A stretch of 64,000 nucleotides of DNA. Origin: Thermodesulfobacteriota bacterium. Its GTDB lineage: Bacteria > Desulfobacterota_D > UBA1144 > Nemesobacterales > Mycalebacteriaceae. The notes under the pieces were generated by a model that saw nothing but the letters and a program-made list of their open reading frames with translations, searched no databases and was not told where the DNA came from. The stretch is from contig CBDAQI010000011.1 of NCBI GenBank assembly GCA_965198945.1, positions 1-64,000 of the forward strand. Reading direction: 5' to 3'. Positions 40,976-50,907 of this stretch are shown here, piece after piece (position 1 is the first letter of the stretch; every line of letters starts with the position of its first letter). A program made the position numbers and the translations under genes.

Positions 40976-41957
40976 AGAACTCGGAAGGATGAAAAAAATT
41001 AAACTCAGGGAAATATGGAAAGACGAGGCAGGAGATTTTACTCCTTGGCTTGCCGAGGAAGAGAATCTGGCTCTTCTCGGCGACACAATAGGGCTTGAAC
41101 TGGAACTTGAGGGTAGAGAGACGAGTGTCGGAGATTTCAGAGCGGACATTATGGCGCGCAATACCGCGGACGGAACCGTTGTTTTGATTGAAAACCAGTT
41201 GAAACGCACAGACCATGTCCATTTGGGACAGTTGATGGCTTACACCGCGGGGCTGGAGGCGGCCACAGTCGTGTGGATTGCTTTAAGGTTCACAGATGAA
41301 CACATGGCGGCTTTGGACTGGCTAAATGAAAATACGGATGACCAATTCAGTTTTTTCGGGCTGGAAGTAGAGTTATGGCGAATAGGAAACAGCATTCCCG
41401 CGCCAAAATTCAATATAGTTTCAAAGCCTAATGACTGGAGCCGGGAGGCAAGGGTCGGCGCTCAAAAAGAGTTGTCTGAGACCGATAAGTTTCGCCTTAA
41501 CTATTGGAAGCATTTTAGAAAATATATGGAAGACCAGAACACTAAACTGAAATTGCCAAAACCTAATAAGCTACATTATATGACTTTCAGCATAGGCAGG
41601 AGTGATTTCAAATTGGTTACTGTAATCCGCTTCCAAAACCCAAAAAGGATCCAGTGTCAATTTGAGGCTTGGAGAGATTATTCGGGGCCGATGTTCAGAT
41701 ATCTTGAGGAGAACAAGCTGGAAATTGAAAAAGAATTCGGAGCCAGTTTGGATTTTAAAAAAACCAAAAAGGGCGGTGGTATGTCTCTGTCTGTATTTTT
41801 GCACACTGACCCCCAAAATAAGAATGAGGCCGAAAGGGAAAAACAGTTCAAATGGTTTGAAGATAATCTCATGAAGTTTGACAGGATTTTCCGCCCATTG
41901 GTAAAAGATTTCAATCCCGATGAATGGGAAGAATACGAAGAAGATGAGATTGAGTAA
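40962..41957 (+). CDS. DUF4268-type protein with N-terminal PD-(D/E)xK nuclease-like domain
   Basis: LRE.W.DEA.DFTPWL, VG.FRADI, IENQL..TDH.HLGQL..Y.AG. Confidence 0.82.
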   Translation: MQNGKELGRMKKIKLREIWKDEAGDFTPWLAEEENLALLGDTIGLELELEGRETSVGDFRADIMARNTADGTVVLIENQLKRTDHVHLGQLMAYTAGLEAATVVWIALRFTDEHMAALDWLNENTDDQFSFFGLEVELWRIGNSIPAPKFNIVSKPNDWSREARVGAQKELSETDKFRLNYWKHFRKYMEDQNTKLKLPKPNKLHYMTFSIGRSDFKLVTVIRFQNPKRIQCQFEAWRDYSGPMFRYLEENKLEIEKEFGASLDFKKTKKGGGMSLSVFLHTDPQNKNEAEREKQFKWFEDNLMKFDRIFRPLVKDFNPDEWEEYEEDEIE

Positions 41958-41959
41958 AA

Positions 41960-42292
41960 ATGTGTGCGGCAAGCCTTTCGGGTATTTTCAAGACTTTTCT
42001 TTCCGATTTTCCCGGAGATAAACCGGATTCAGTTTTCACTGATTTTGAAATCGCCGTCAAAAACAAAAAATACGACATTCAGGACATGACAATAATTGAG
42101 GCGGTTCTGAAAGAGGACAGAGACTCTCTCAAAGAGTCTTTTATTGAAGGATTTTCAAACTATGAAAAGTCCGCCGGTTCGGCTGACTGGAACGCGGAAA
42201 AGTCCGCAAAGGCGATTGAGATTTTTCTTGCGTCTCTTGACGGTCTTGTGAACTATTACTATAGCAACACAATTGCGGGTCAGTTTTCCTGA
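41960..42292 (+). CDS. Hypothetical protein (110 aa)
   Basis: Tightly packed ORF between the DUF4268 gene and gloA. Confidence 0.7.
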   Translation: MCAASLSGIFKTFLSDFPGDKPDSVFTDFEIAVKNKKYDIQDMTIIEAVLKEDRDSLKESFIEGFSNYEKSAGSADWNAEKSAKAIEIFLASLDGLVNYYYSNTIAGQFS

Positions 42293-42304
42293 AAGGAGTA
42301 ATTT

Positions 42305-42688
42305 ATGAAATACCTGCACACAATGATAAGGGTCGGAGATTTGGAAAGGTCAATCCGTTTCTATACAAATGTTTTGGGTCTTGTTCATCACCGCACAACG
42401 GACTATCCGGACGGCAAGTTTTCACTCGCTTTTCTCGGTTACGGTAACGAAACCGAGCCGTTTCTTGAACTCACTTACAATTACGGAGTGACTGAATACG
42501 AACACGGCGGCGGATACGGGCATATGGCGTTTGCAGTTGAAGACATATACGCCGCGTGTGAAAAGATTTCCGAACTTGGCGGAAAGGTTGTTCGCGCTCC
42601 CGGGCCGATGAAACACGGCAAAACTGTGATTGCCTTTGTGGAAGACCCTGACGGGTACAAAGTTGAGCTGATAGAAAGAAATTCATAG
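42305..42688 (+). CDS. gloA: Lactoylglutathione lyase (glyoxalase I)
   Basis: [28 protein letters not shown]. Confidence 0.96.
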   Translation: MKYLHTMIRVGDLERSIRFYTNVLGLVHHRTTDYPDGKFSLAFLGYGNETEPFLELTYNYGVTEYEHGGGYGHMAFAVEDIYAACEKISELGGKVVRAPGPMKHGKTVIAFVEDPDGYKVELIERNS

Positions 42689-42806
42689 ATACCGCATATT
42701 TCTCAAAAAACACTCCTGAATAATCTCTTTTTCAAACGCGGCAAGGCAACTGCCGTCTCATAAGCCCCTTTGAACAAACGGGCTTCTTATTTTTTTCTTC
42801 TTGTTT

Positions 42807-42875
42807 TTGCCAAGGGAAACAGTTTTTCCCTATAACAGTGCATAACCAAAATTTAATTCATAGGAGGATAATACT
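42807..42875 (+). promoter_or_regulatory. Family promoter/leader
   Basis: TTGCCA 42807-12, 18-nt spacer, TATAAC 42831-36, then AGTGCATAACCAAAATTTAATTCATAGGAGGATAATACT-ATG. Confidence 0.7.
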
Positions 42876-44381
42876 ATGGGAACAAATTGGAAACTAAACA
42901 GTGTGTTTAACGGCGATGTGGAATTGTCCAAGGAAGACACTTACCGCAATATCAGAGACTATGCGGTTCCGGAAGACAGGATGCTGATGATTACGGCACG
43001 ATTGAAATACAGGGTGTTCCATCCTTTTTCCAGAGCACTATACCCACCAGCAAAGACACAGACTTTTGCCGGTATGGTTTCGTCCAACTTTCTGAGGGAA
43101 AGGGTTATCAGATACTTGGAGCTGGAATGCGGGCAGTTTAATATCCAGAGAGCGGTTTTGCGTGATTTTGACACGAAACTTATGGTAAAAACTCAATGGG
43201 GCAGCCATCAGCTGCAGATTTCAAGAGAGGATAACGGGCAGTCGCCCTTTGCTCCGGTGGACAGCGCTGTTTACTCTGAAAACAACAGTGTGAGAGTGCG
43301 GGTTTTTGAAGTCGGTTTGGAGTTGTCCGATGATGTCGTAACTCAATCCGCAATAGCCGATGATTCGGTCGGGTTGGAACAGCTTGCGCATGGGACGGCG
43401 AACAAGTTTCTGGGCTTTGATGAGAGCGGAAATCCGGTGGAGAAAGACGGTTTGTCTTCTACTGCAAGCGGAACATTAGAATGGCGTAATGAATGTGCGG
43501 CGGGTGAATCATATTCAGGCACGGCTCCACAATCATTGGTTAGATATGCATCTGACGGCAATGTGTATATCTGCACTCAAAGTCATACTTCAGTTGCAAC
43601 ACAAACTCCGTCTGCAATTACAATTCCCGGTGCCACTTGGCAGATGGGTGTAGAGCGGCACTGTTTGGGTATTCGTTCAACAACTGTTGCTGATACAAGA
43701 GGTGCTGTTACTGAAATTCCTTCGTTGCCTGTTAAAATTAGAAGAAAAAACACAGGAGCTATTTTTGATTTTTATATATGTGTAGAGGCGCAAAGATCTG
43801 TTGGAAGTGGACACGGGTTACTTGGGATAACTTTATCAATTTGTGATGGTAATTCCGCCGCACCTTTTGACGATGGAAATGCCTTTAATGGTAGAAATGG
43901 AGTAAAACGACTTACTATCGGTGATATAGAAATTTCTCCTTTTGATGATTATCGTCAGTTCAGAGAGAATATGTATCACATTTATGAAGACGATACTCCG
44001 GGTGATAGATCCCAATTTGAGAATTTAGGCGCAGACGGTTCAGATGTGGTTATTTCTCTGCCGACAGACCAACCGTTTGAGTTTGTGCAGTATCCGGCTG
44101 TAAACGTTCCCGGCAGCACAGAGGGCAGTAACTTTTGGCAATTATTCAGCGGGCCGGGAGACGGATTAAAAAACACTTATTCGGCTTTTATAAGAAGTTC
44201 TTCAACTCCTTCCGTGCCGACAAGCATATCTGTAACAAACGGAGATGTTACAACCGTGGCCGGAACCGGCTGGTCAACTTCAGTGCCGTCCGGCAGTGCC
44301 AAGTTGTGGGAGGCGCGGGTGCGCTCGTCAACGGTCAGTGGAACCGTTACCGGAGGATTTACACTCATTCCATATGGATAA
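42876..44381 (+). CDS. Fibre-like family copy 4 (intact, mosaic)
   Basis: N-domain, DDSVGLEQLAHGTANKFLGFD linker, CBM-like VRY..GNVYICTQSHTS, DQPFEF domain, FIRSSSTP..PT..GW..VP.G..LW motif. Confidence 0.85.
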   Translation: MGTNWKLNSVFNGDVELSKEDTYRNIRDYAVPEDRMLMITARLKYRVFHPFSRALYPPAKTQTFAGMVSSNFLRERVIRYLELECGQFNIQRAVLRDFDTKLMVKTQWGSHQLQISREDNGQSPFAPVDSAVYSENNSVRVRVFEVGLELSDDVVTQSAIADDSVGLEQLAHGTANKFLGFDESGNPVEKDGLSSTASGTLEWRNECAAGESYSGTAPQSLVRYASDGNVYICTQSHTSVATQTPSAITIPGATWQMGVERHCLGIRSTTVADTRGAVTEIPSLPVKIRRKNTGAIFDFYICVEAQRSVGSGHGLLGITLSICDGNSAAPFDDGNAFNGRNGVKRLTIGDIEISPFDDYRQFRENMYHIYEDDTPGDRSQFENLGADGSDVVISLPTDQPFEFVQYPAVNVPGSTEGSNFWQLFSGPGDGLKNTYSAFIRSSSTPSVPTSISVTNGDVTTVAGTGWSTSVPSGSAKLWEARVRSSTVSGTVTGGFTLIPYG

Positions 44382-44424
44382 TCCAATTGCAGGACAATGG
44401 TAACGGTTGAGGTGAAACCAAATT

Positions 44425-44450
44425 GAAGGGGAGGCAAAAACCTCCCCTTC
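44425..44450. terminator. Hairpin between convergent copy 4 and uvrC
   Basis: GAAGGGGAGG-CAAAAA-CCTCCCCTTC. Confidence 0.7.
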
Positions 44451-44507
44451 GGTTTATTCAGGCGGTTTAATAATGTTTTTGAGAGGATTCTGTGGCCGCC
44501 TTTTATA

Positions 44508-44539
44508 CTGGATTCCCGGCCCGTTTTCACAAAAATGAC
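44508..44539. repeat. Degenerate dRS3/REP-like palindrome
   Basis: CTGGATTCCCGGCCCGTTTTCACAAAAATGAC. Confidence 0.65.
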
Positions 44540-44599
44540 AGTGGTTTAGACGTCACTGAAAAGAATTTTGCTTATGACGCACCTTATATTTTTTCATTC

Positions 44600-46246
44600 C
44601 TACCTGAAAAACTGTTTCGCCCTGAGAGTTTTGTGATAGCCAAGAGCGAAACGGTGCGCTTCGTCCCTTATTTTCATCAGCAGAAAAAGCCCTTCCTTGT
44701 TTTTGACCGGCGTCCAGGGAGTTTTTCTGCCGGGTGTGTAAATTGCGTCTTCCCGATCATTTTTACGCCCCTTGGCAATGGCGGCAATGTCAGCCGCGCC
44801 GTAAACGCCCGCGTTCTTCATTGTATCAACCGCCGCGGACAACTGCCCCTTGCCGCCGTCTATGAGAAGCAGGTCCGGCAACTCCCAGCCGGGTTCGTCC
44901 ACTCTCTTGAACCGTCTTGAAAGCATCTCTCTTATTCCCGCAAAGTCATCCTGCCCGGAAACGGTTTTTATTTTGTAGCGTTTGTAACGTTTTTTGTCCG
45001 GTTCGGCGTCGATAAATCTCACGAGCGACCCGGTTGTCTCCCTGCCTTGGGTGTTTGATATGTCAAAACATTCTATTGAACGGGGAATTTTTGACAGTTT
45101 CAGAGATTTCTTCAGAACTGACAGGACATCCTTATCCTTTTCTTCCCTGAGCTGTTTTCTTCTGAGAGTCTCCGCAGCATTTTCTCCCGCGAGACGCAGA
45201 AGTTTCATTCTCGCACCTCTTTTCGGGGCGACTATTTTTACCGAACCGCCGCGTTTTTCCGCCAGCCATTCTTCATATATATGTTTGTACTCCGGAGCGG
45301 AAGGAACCACTATTTCAGGCGGAACCCCTCTGCCGCCATCATAAAACCTTCCCAGAAACTCTCCGAGAGCGCCGGAAAAGCACACTCCCGTGTTTTTCGC
45401 CGAGAGCTCCGCCTTGTCCACAATTCCGCCGTCCCTCTGGAAAAGAACCACAAACTCAAAATTTTCTTCGTCCGCCGCCATCTCTATGATGTCTTTGTCC
45501 GTGAAACTTGAAGGGGAAATCTTTTCAAATCCGCCGTTTTCTCCGAGCGCTTCCAACTGGTCTCTATAGTATGAGGCGTCTTCGTATCTCATTTCATCTG
45601 AGGCGTTTCTCATCTTTTCTTTAAGAAATTTTACGGCGTTTTTCCCGTCGCCTTTGAGAAACGCTTCCGCTTTTACACACAGAGCGCGGTATTGCGTTTT
45701 GTCTATCATGCCGGCGCACGGGCCTGAGCAGAGACGCATATCATAGTTAAGGCACGGGCGGTTTTTGTGTCGTTTGAACTTGTTGTTTGAGCAGTCTCTC
45801 ACTGAAAAAAGTTTGTGGACGAGTTTCGCATTTTTTTTCAGCCCGCCGCCGCGTGAAAACGGTCCGAAATAGGATGCGCCATCCGCATTTACACGCCGGG
45901 TTATTGAGAGCCGCGGGAATTCCTCGTTCATTGAGAGCCGCAGAGAGGCGTAGGTTTTATCGTCTTTCAACTGTATGTTGAACTTCGGTTTGTGTTTTTT
46001 AATGAGTGAGTTTTCAAGTATGAGGGCTTCGTGTTCGTCGCCGGAAAGGATGTAATCAATATTTGCCGTTTCACCCATGAGGTATGAAATCTGCGGCCTT
46101 GAGTCTTTTTTCCGGCTGAAATACGATCTTACGCGGCTTTTCAAATTTGCCGCTTTACCGATGTAAATAACCCGCCCGCCCGAGTTTTTCATCATATAAA
46201 CACCGCAGGAAGACGGCAGTGATTCATAATTCATATTCTCCGGCAT
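44600..46246 (-). CDS. uvrC: Excinuclease ABC subunit C (no C-terminal HhH)
   Basis: GVY..IYIGKA..RV.SYF GIY-YIG domain, Cys cluster, UVR domain, ECFDIS, LIDGGKGQ, RDEAHRFA. Confidence 0.95.
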   Translation of the reverse strand: MPENMNYESLPSSCGVYMMKNSGGRVIYIGKAANLKSRVRSYFSRKKDSRPQISYLMGETANIDYILSGDEHEALILENSLIKKHKPKFNIQLKDDKTYASLRLSMNEEFPRLSITRRVNADGASYFGPFSRGGGLKKNAKLVHKLFSVRDCSNNKFKRHKNRPCLNYDMRLCSGPCAGMIDKTQYRALCVKAEAFLKGDGKNAVKFLKEKMRNASDEMRYEDASYYRDQLEALGENGGFEKISPSSFTDKDIIEMAADEENFEFVVLFQRDGGIVDKAELSAKNTGVCFSGALGEFLGRFYDGGRGVPPEIVVPSAPEYKHIYEEWLAEKRGGSVKIVAPKRGARMKLLRLAGENAAETLRRKQLREEKDKDVLSVLKKSLKLSKIPRSIECFDISNTQGRETTGSLVRFIDAEPDKKRYKRYKIKTVSGQDDFAGIREMLSRRFKRVDEPGWELPDLLLIDGGKGQLSAAVDTMKNAGVYGAADIAAIAKGRKNDREDAIYTPGRKTPWTPVKNKEGLFLLMKIRDEAHRFALGYHKTLRAKQFFR

Positions 46247-46431
46247 CACTGATTGTATTTTAACATTCGGTAAAATTCCGTTGCAAAAATACCCGGCGCA
46301 TCGGCGCAGAAAAAAGGCAATGCTCCTGATTGGTCTGACTGGCGGCGAGTGGTGGATGCGGGTCTCAGGTTGTGTCACCCGCCGCGGCAAGAGGAATTAG
46401 CCCGGAAGGCTGTATCAGAAATCCCGGTTTT

Positions 46432-47853
46432 TCAAATTTTCCGTGCTGCGGCTATGAAAAACGCCGCAATTGAATTGAAAGACAGGAGCAGAAGATCCAG
46501 ACGCAGCCCCGAAACAACATTCGGTACGAATCCGAAAAGCGACATCAAAAACAGAATTAAACTCACGGCGGTTAATGACGGAAGCGCGGTTCCGTATTTT
46601 TGCTTCCCGCTCATGATTGACAGGAGAATCATGGGCGCCATAAGAGCGGTTCCCATAAAGCCTTTCACCGCAAGTGTTATGAGGTCATCCGGGCTTTTGA
46701 TTGCAAGAATGAAGGACGCCGCGCAGAAAACAAGAATTACAATTTTAACAAAAACAATCGGAGACATTCTCAATTTTTCGCTTATTCTTCCGAGCGCATT
46801 GTTTATCTCAGAGCCAAGCGCAAAAAACTGTGAGTCTGAAGTTGACATTGCGGCGGCGAGTATCCCTATAAGTGCTATTGCGCCTATTACGGCATTTTGT
46901 TCAAGGATAAGTTTTCCTATGAAGTCCGGCCCGCTTTCGGCGGTCATTGCAACCGCACCGTAAAGACCGATTATAAGTCCCGCAATTAAGAGAAGAAAAG
47001 TGAAAGAGGCGTGCAGAACCGGCACCTTGCGCCTTTCATTCATGCCTTTGAGAATTGAAAGTCTTGAAGTCAGCTGGGGCTGCGAAACCGGAAGTAGAAC
47101 AATTGATATGAGGCCCGCAAGAAGCCACTGGGTTGACAGAAGACTCTTCGGGCCGGGTACGGACAGAAGGGCGGGGTTTGTGATTTTTACGGTCTCAATG
47201 AGCTCTCCAAGTCCGCCGAATTTGGAAAGAACCACCGCCGCCATTATCCATATAACGGTAAACAGCATTATTCCCTGAAGCGCGTCGCAATACATTATTC
47301 CCCTGAGTCCTCCGATGGAAGAGTAGAAAAACATGAGAGCGAGAATAAGAAGAGCCCACCCCCATTGGGGAATGTGATAGGGGACAACAGCCGAAAGAAG
47401 GCCTGACGCCCCCTTTATCTGTATGGCTATGTAGGGAACAAGAAAAATTACAAGGCCCATTACATAAACCGTCACCCCGATTCCGCCGAAAGTTTTGCGC
47501 AGCAGGTCTGAAATGCTCCGGAAGTCTGACGAAGCCACCCTCTCTCTCAGTTTGAAAGCGAGCCAGAGTGTGAAGACCGCCAGAGCCATGTCCGTTACGC
47601 CGAGGAATATCCATGTTCCCACACCGTGAACCCTGAAGAAGTTGGGCATTCCTATCAGAATGAAAGTGCTGTAAAGGGTTGCGAAGAATGTGAGGAACCC
47701 TATTATCGTTCCGAGGTTTCCTCCCGCGAGGAAAAATTCGCGCTCATCCCCTTCCGTTCCGCTTTTATTCTTTCTGTTGCCGACTACGGCAAGAGTTATA
47801 AGAACCGCCAGATAGACGGCTCCGACCGCGATGAATGTTGCTCCCTTGCTCAC
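46432..47853 (-). CDS. Sodium:solute symporter family protein
   Basis: EFFLAG..G, AT.YS.F..G.P, GGLRG..D..QG, AAAMST.DS. Confidence 0.92.
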   Translation of the reverse strand: MSKGATFIAVGAVYLAVLITLAVVGNRKNKSGTEGDEREFFLAGGNLGTIIGFLTFFATLYSTFILIGMPNFFRVHGVGTWIFLGVTDMALAVFTLWLAFKLRERVASSDFRSISDLLRKTFGGIGVTVYVMGLVIFLVPYIAIQIKGASGLLSAVVPYHIPQWGWALLILALMFFYSSIGGLRGIMYCDALQGIMLFTVIWIMAAVVLSKFGGLGELIETVKITNPALLSVPGPKSLLSTQWLLAGLISIVLLPVSQPQLTSRLSILKGMNERRKVPVLHASFTFLLLIAGLIIGLYGAVAMTAESGPDFIGKLILEQNAVIGAIALIGILAAAMSTSDSQFFALGSEINNALGRISEKLRMSPIVFVKIVILVFCAASFILAIKSPDDLITLAVKGFMGTALMAPMILLSIMSGKQKYGTALPSLTAVSLILFLMSLFGFVPNVVSGLRLDLLLLSFNSIAAFFIAAARKI

Positions 47854-47861
47854 CTTACAGT

Positions 47862-48065
47862 TTATTCTTCCCTTGAAGTCAGCATTGCAACCACAAGCAC
47901 AATGTAGATTGCAAGAGAAATTCCCATGCTTACCCAGAGAGTTCTCGGCAGACCCAGCAGATAGGGTTCTGGGTTTCCTTGGGGAATCACCGCCGGAATA
48001 AAAGCCAGGGCTGTGAGAAAAATCGTGACGGGAATGAAAATTTTCCAGCGTTTTGAGTTCTTCAT
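47862..48065 (-). CDS. Small 2-TM partner of the solute symporter
   Basis: PYLLGLP..LW motif; directly upstream of the SSS gene. Confidence 0.8.
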   Translation of the reverse strand: MKNSKRWKIFIPVTIFLTALAFIPAVIPQGNPEPYLLGLPRTLWVSMGISLAIYIVLVVAMLTSREE

Positions 48066-48138
48066 ATTAGCACTTTCCGCCGTCCGCTTTATAAGACTCT
48101 ACATATTATGTAATAATGTTGCCGGGTTTTACAAACAA

Positions 48139-49473
48139 ATGAAACGGAAGAACGCCGGGAAAGAAACGCCTTTGCTTTACATTGAAACCTACGGGTGTCA
48201 GATGAATGAGTATGACTCCGACAGAATACGGGCGGCGCTTGGAGCCCGGAAAACACCCGACCCTTCTCTTGCCGATTACATAGTGGTGAACACCTGCGCC
48301 ATCAGACAGAAAGCCGATCACAAAGCTTTCAGCAGCGTGGGAAAGTTCAAAAATCTGAAACAAAAAAATCCCGGAGTTGTAATAGGGATGGCGGGTTGCG
48401 TGGCTCAGTTATACGGGGATGCTCTGTTGAAAAAAAATCCGCATCTTGATTTTGTCATCGGTCCGCGTTCAATACCGAAACTCCCCGCTCTAATAGACGA
48501 CATAGAGCGCTCAAGAGAAAATGAAAGCGCGGGCAGGTCGGAAACCTCTTTTGATGTTGAAGAGACTTTTGCAATCTCCCCGGCGCATGAAAAATCAAAA
48601 GTCGGCGCGTTTGTGTCCGTTCAGCAGGGCTGTAATAAGAAATGTGCCTACTGCATAGTGCCGACCGTCAGAGGCGCGGAGATTAACAGGCCTCTGGAAG
48701 GAATAATGGAAGAAACACGGATGCTTGTGTCAAAAGGGGCGAAAGAAATAACTTTTGTCGGTCAAACGGTCAACTCCTGGAAGCATGACGGTAAAAGATT
48801 CGGAGACCTTCTGCATACGGCCGGGGAAATTGAAGGGCTTGAAAGGATTCGTTTTACAACCCCGTATCCGCGAGACATAACAAGGAAGATGGTTGAAGCG
48901 ATGAGCGATGTTAAAAAGGTATGCCGCCACATCCACCTCCCGGTTCAGTCCGGTTCTGACAGGGTGTTGAAACAGATGAACCGCACTTATACCGTGAAAT
49001 GGTATCTTGAGGCCGTTGACAGGCTCAGGGACTTTGTTCCCGACATAGCGGTTTCAACTGATGTGATAATCGGGTTTCCGGGAGAAACCGACGAGGATTT
49101 TGCCCGAACAATGAATTTGCTTGATAAAGTGCGTTTTGACAGCTCTTTTTCATTCAAGTTTTCCCCGCGTCCCGGAACTCCCGCCGCTGACTCCGCAGAG
49201 CGGGTCAGCCCTGATGTGGCGGAAAGCCGCCTCTCCGTTTTTCAGGAAAGGCAGAGAGAGATTACTCTTGAAAGCAACCGTGAAAGAGAGGGCAGGGAAG
49301 AGGAAGTGCTTGTGTCCGGAGAGGGCAGGCACGGAAGCGGCTGGATGACGGGACGAACAACACACAACAGAATAGTTAATTTCATCGGAGCCCCAAGCTT
49401 GACCGGAACTCTTGCGAAAGTGCTTGTTAAAGACGGCCTTCCCAATTCCCTTCGCGGGGAGCTTGTTTCGTGA
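48139..49473 (+). CDS. miaB: tRNA methylthiotransferase MiaB
   Basis: TYGCQMNEYDS, NTCAIR, GCVAQ, CNKKCAYC radical-SAM motif, TRAM domain. Confidence 0.96.
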   Translation: MKRKNAGKETPLLYIETYGCQMNEYDSDRIRAALGARKTPDPSLADYIVVNTCAIRQKADHKAFSSVGKFKNLKQKNPGVVIGMAGCVAQLYGDALLKKNPHLDFVIGPRSIPKLPALIDDIERSRENESAGRSETSFDVEETFAISPAHEKSKVGAFVSVQQGCNKKCAYCIVPTVRGAEINRPLEGIMEETRMLVSKGAKEITFVGQTVNSWKHDGKRFGDLLHTAGEIEGLERIRFTTPYPRDITRKMVEAMSDVKKVCRHIHLPVQSGSDRVLKQMNRTYTVKWYLEAVDRLRDFVPDIAVSTDVIIGFPGETDEDFARTMNLLDKVRFDSSFSFKFSPRPGTPAADSAERVSPDVAESRLSVFQERQREITLESNREREGREEEVLVSGEGRHGSGWMTGRTTHNRIVNFIGAPSLTGTLAKVLVKDGLPNSLRGELVS

Positions 49474-50435
49474 AAAAGACGGAAAAAACCGTCGCCCTTA
49501 TAAGTCCGCGCGGTTTCTGCGCCGGTGTGGAGAGGGCCATAGCGATTGTTGAAAAAGTTTTGGAGAAGCATGGGCCTCCAATCTACGTCAAACATGAGAT
49601 AGTTCACAACAAAACGGTTGTTGAAGATTTCAAAAGACGGGGCGTGATTTTTATTGAGAATCCGGGCGAAGTTCCCTCCGGGATGCCCATAGTTTATTCC
49701 GCCCACGGAGTTTCGCGTGCGGTTAGGCGTGCGGCTGAAGAAAGGGGTCTGGAAATATATGACGCCACATGTCCTCTCGTTTCAAGGATTCACGCCGAAG
49801 TCTCGCGTTTGCGCTCAAATGGTTACGAAATTGTGATGATAGGGCACAGGGGTCATCCCGAAGTGGAGGGAACCCTCGGCCAGTCTGACGGTGGGATCCA
49901 CCTTGTTGAAAATGAAAGTGATATAGCCGCGCTCAAAGTTAAAGACCCTTTGAAACTTGGATATGTTACGCAGACCACCCTTTCCGTGGACGACACGCGG
50001 GCTCTTGTCAGCCTGCTCCGCGAAAAATTTCCCCATATACGCCTGCCCAAAAAAGACGATATTTGTTATGCGACGCAAAACCGCCAGGACGCGGTGAAAA
50101 AATGGGCCTCGGATTGTGATGTTGTTTTTGTGGTGGGCTCTGAAACAAGCTCTAACTCAAACCGTCTGAAAGAAGTCGCCCAGCTGCTCGGAGCGAGGGC
50201 TTATCTTGTGGACAGCGCGGAGGATATAGACCCGGAATGGCTCCGGGGAGTTAAAAAAATAGGCCTTACGGCCGGGGCTTCGGCTCCGGAAAGAATAGTG
50301 GAAAATACTGCGTCCCGTTTGCGCGGATGGATGGACGGGGCGGTTGTAAAAGAGTTGGAAGTGGTCAAAGAAGACGTTCATTTCAGTGTGCCGAAAACTC
50401 TTCTCCGCGATTCGGAATCTCTTAATCGTCCCTGA
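49470..50435 (+). CDS. ispH: 4-hydroxy-3-methylbut-2-enyl diphosphate reductase
   Basis: RGFCAGV, SAHG, DATCP.V, ICYATQNRQ, SSNS.RL, GAS.P. Confidence 0.97.
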   Translation: MKKTEKTVALISPRGFCAGVERAIAIVEKVLEKHGPPIYVKHEIVHNKTVVEDFKRRGVIFIENPGEVPSGMPIVYSAHGVSRAVRRAAEERGLEIYDATCPLVSRIHAEVSRLRSNGYEIVMIGHRGHPEVEGTLGQSDGGIHLVENESDIAALKVKDPLKLGYVTQTTLSVDDTRALVSLLREKFPHIRLPKKDDICYATQNRQDAVKKWASDCDVVFVVGSETSSNSNRLKEVAQLLGARAYLVDSAEDIDPEWLRGVKKIGLTAGASAPERIVENTASRLRGWMDGAVVKELEVVKEDVHFSVPKTLLRDSESLNRP

Positions 50436-50447
50436 TAAAAAGTCTTT

Positions 50448-50907
50448 TTGACAAGCAACCGGATTTTATTTATATTAACGGCCCTGCCGGAAAAATTTAT
50501 TCAACTAATTATTCAATTAATTAAAAAATTTCCGAAAATATTTTCCCCGTTTTTTCTTCGCCTCCGCCCGTTTTTTCTTTGACAAATGGCGAAACGGCAT
50601 TTATCTTAAACGTCCCGCCAAAAATAATTAGTCTCTGAACTCTCAAAACCGGTCTGCGGAAAAGCCATAAAACTTTTTCCTCAAATAAAATCAGGGTTTT
50701 TTCCGCTTTGGTTTCAAATTTTTCCGCCGATTAACTTATTTCCTTTTGACAAATCGGAAGATTGCATTTATTTTAACGGTCCCACCGGAAAAACCGGCCC
50801 CGAAAAACCCCTGATAAAACAAGCGATTTTTGCCGGAATTACTTTCCTGTTTTTCTGAAAAATTCCCGATTTTTTTCTTTGACAAGGTTTGAGGCTGTGT
50901 TTAGAAT
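50448..50907 (+). promoter_or_regulatory. Four tandem sigma70-type promoters
   Basis: TTGACA at 50448, 50579, 50746 and 50879, each followed after exactly 17 nt by TATATT, TATCTT, TATTTT and TAGAAT respectively. Confidence 0.8.

Noticed and set aside
30222..43429. Diversity-generating retroelement TR/VR pair
   Set aside because: No reverse transcriptase in the window, both copies are mid-gene coding sequence, and a single mismatch gives no adenine-specific pattern.
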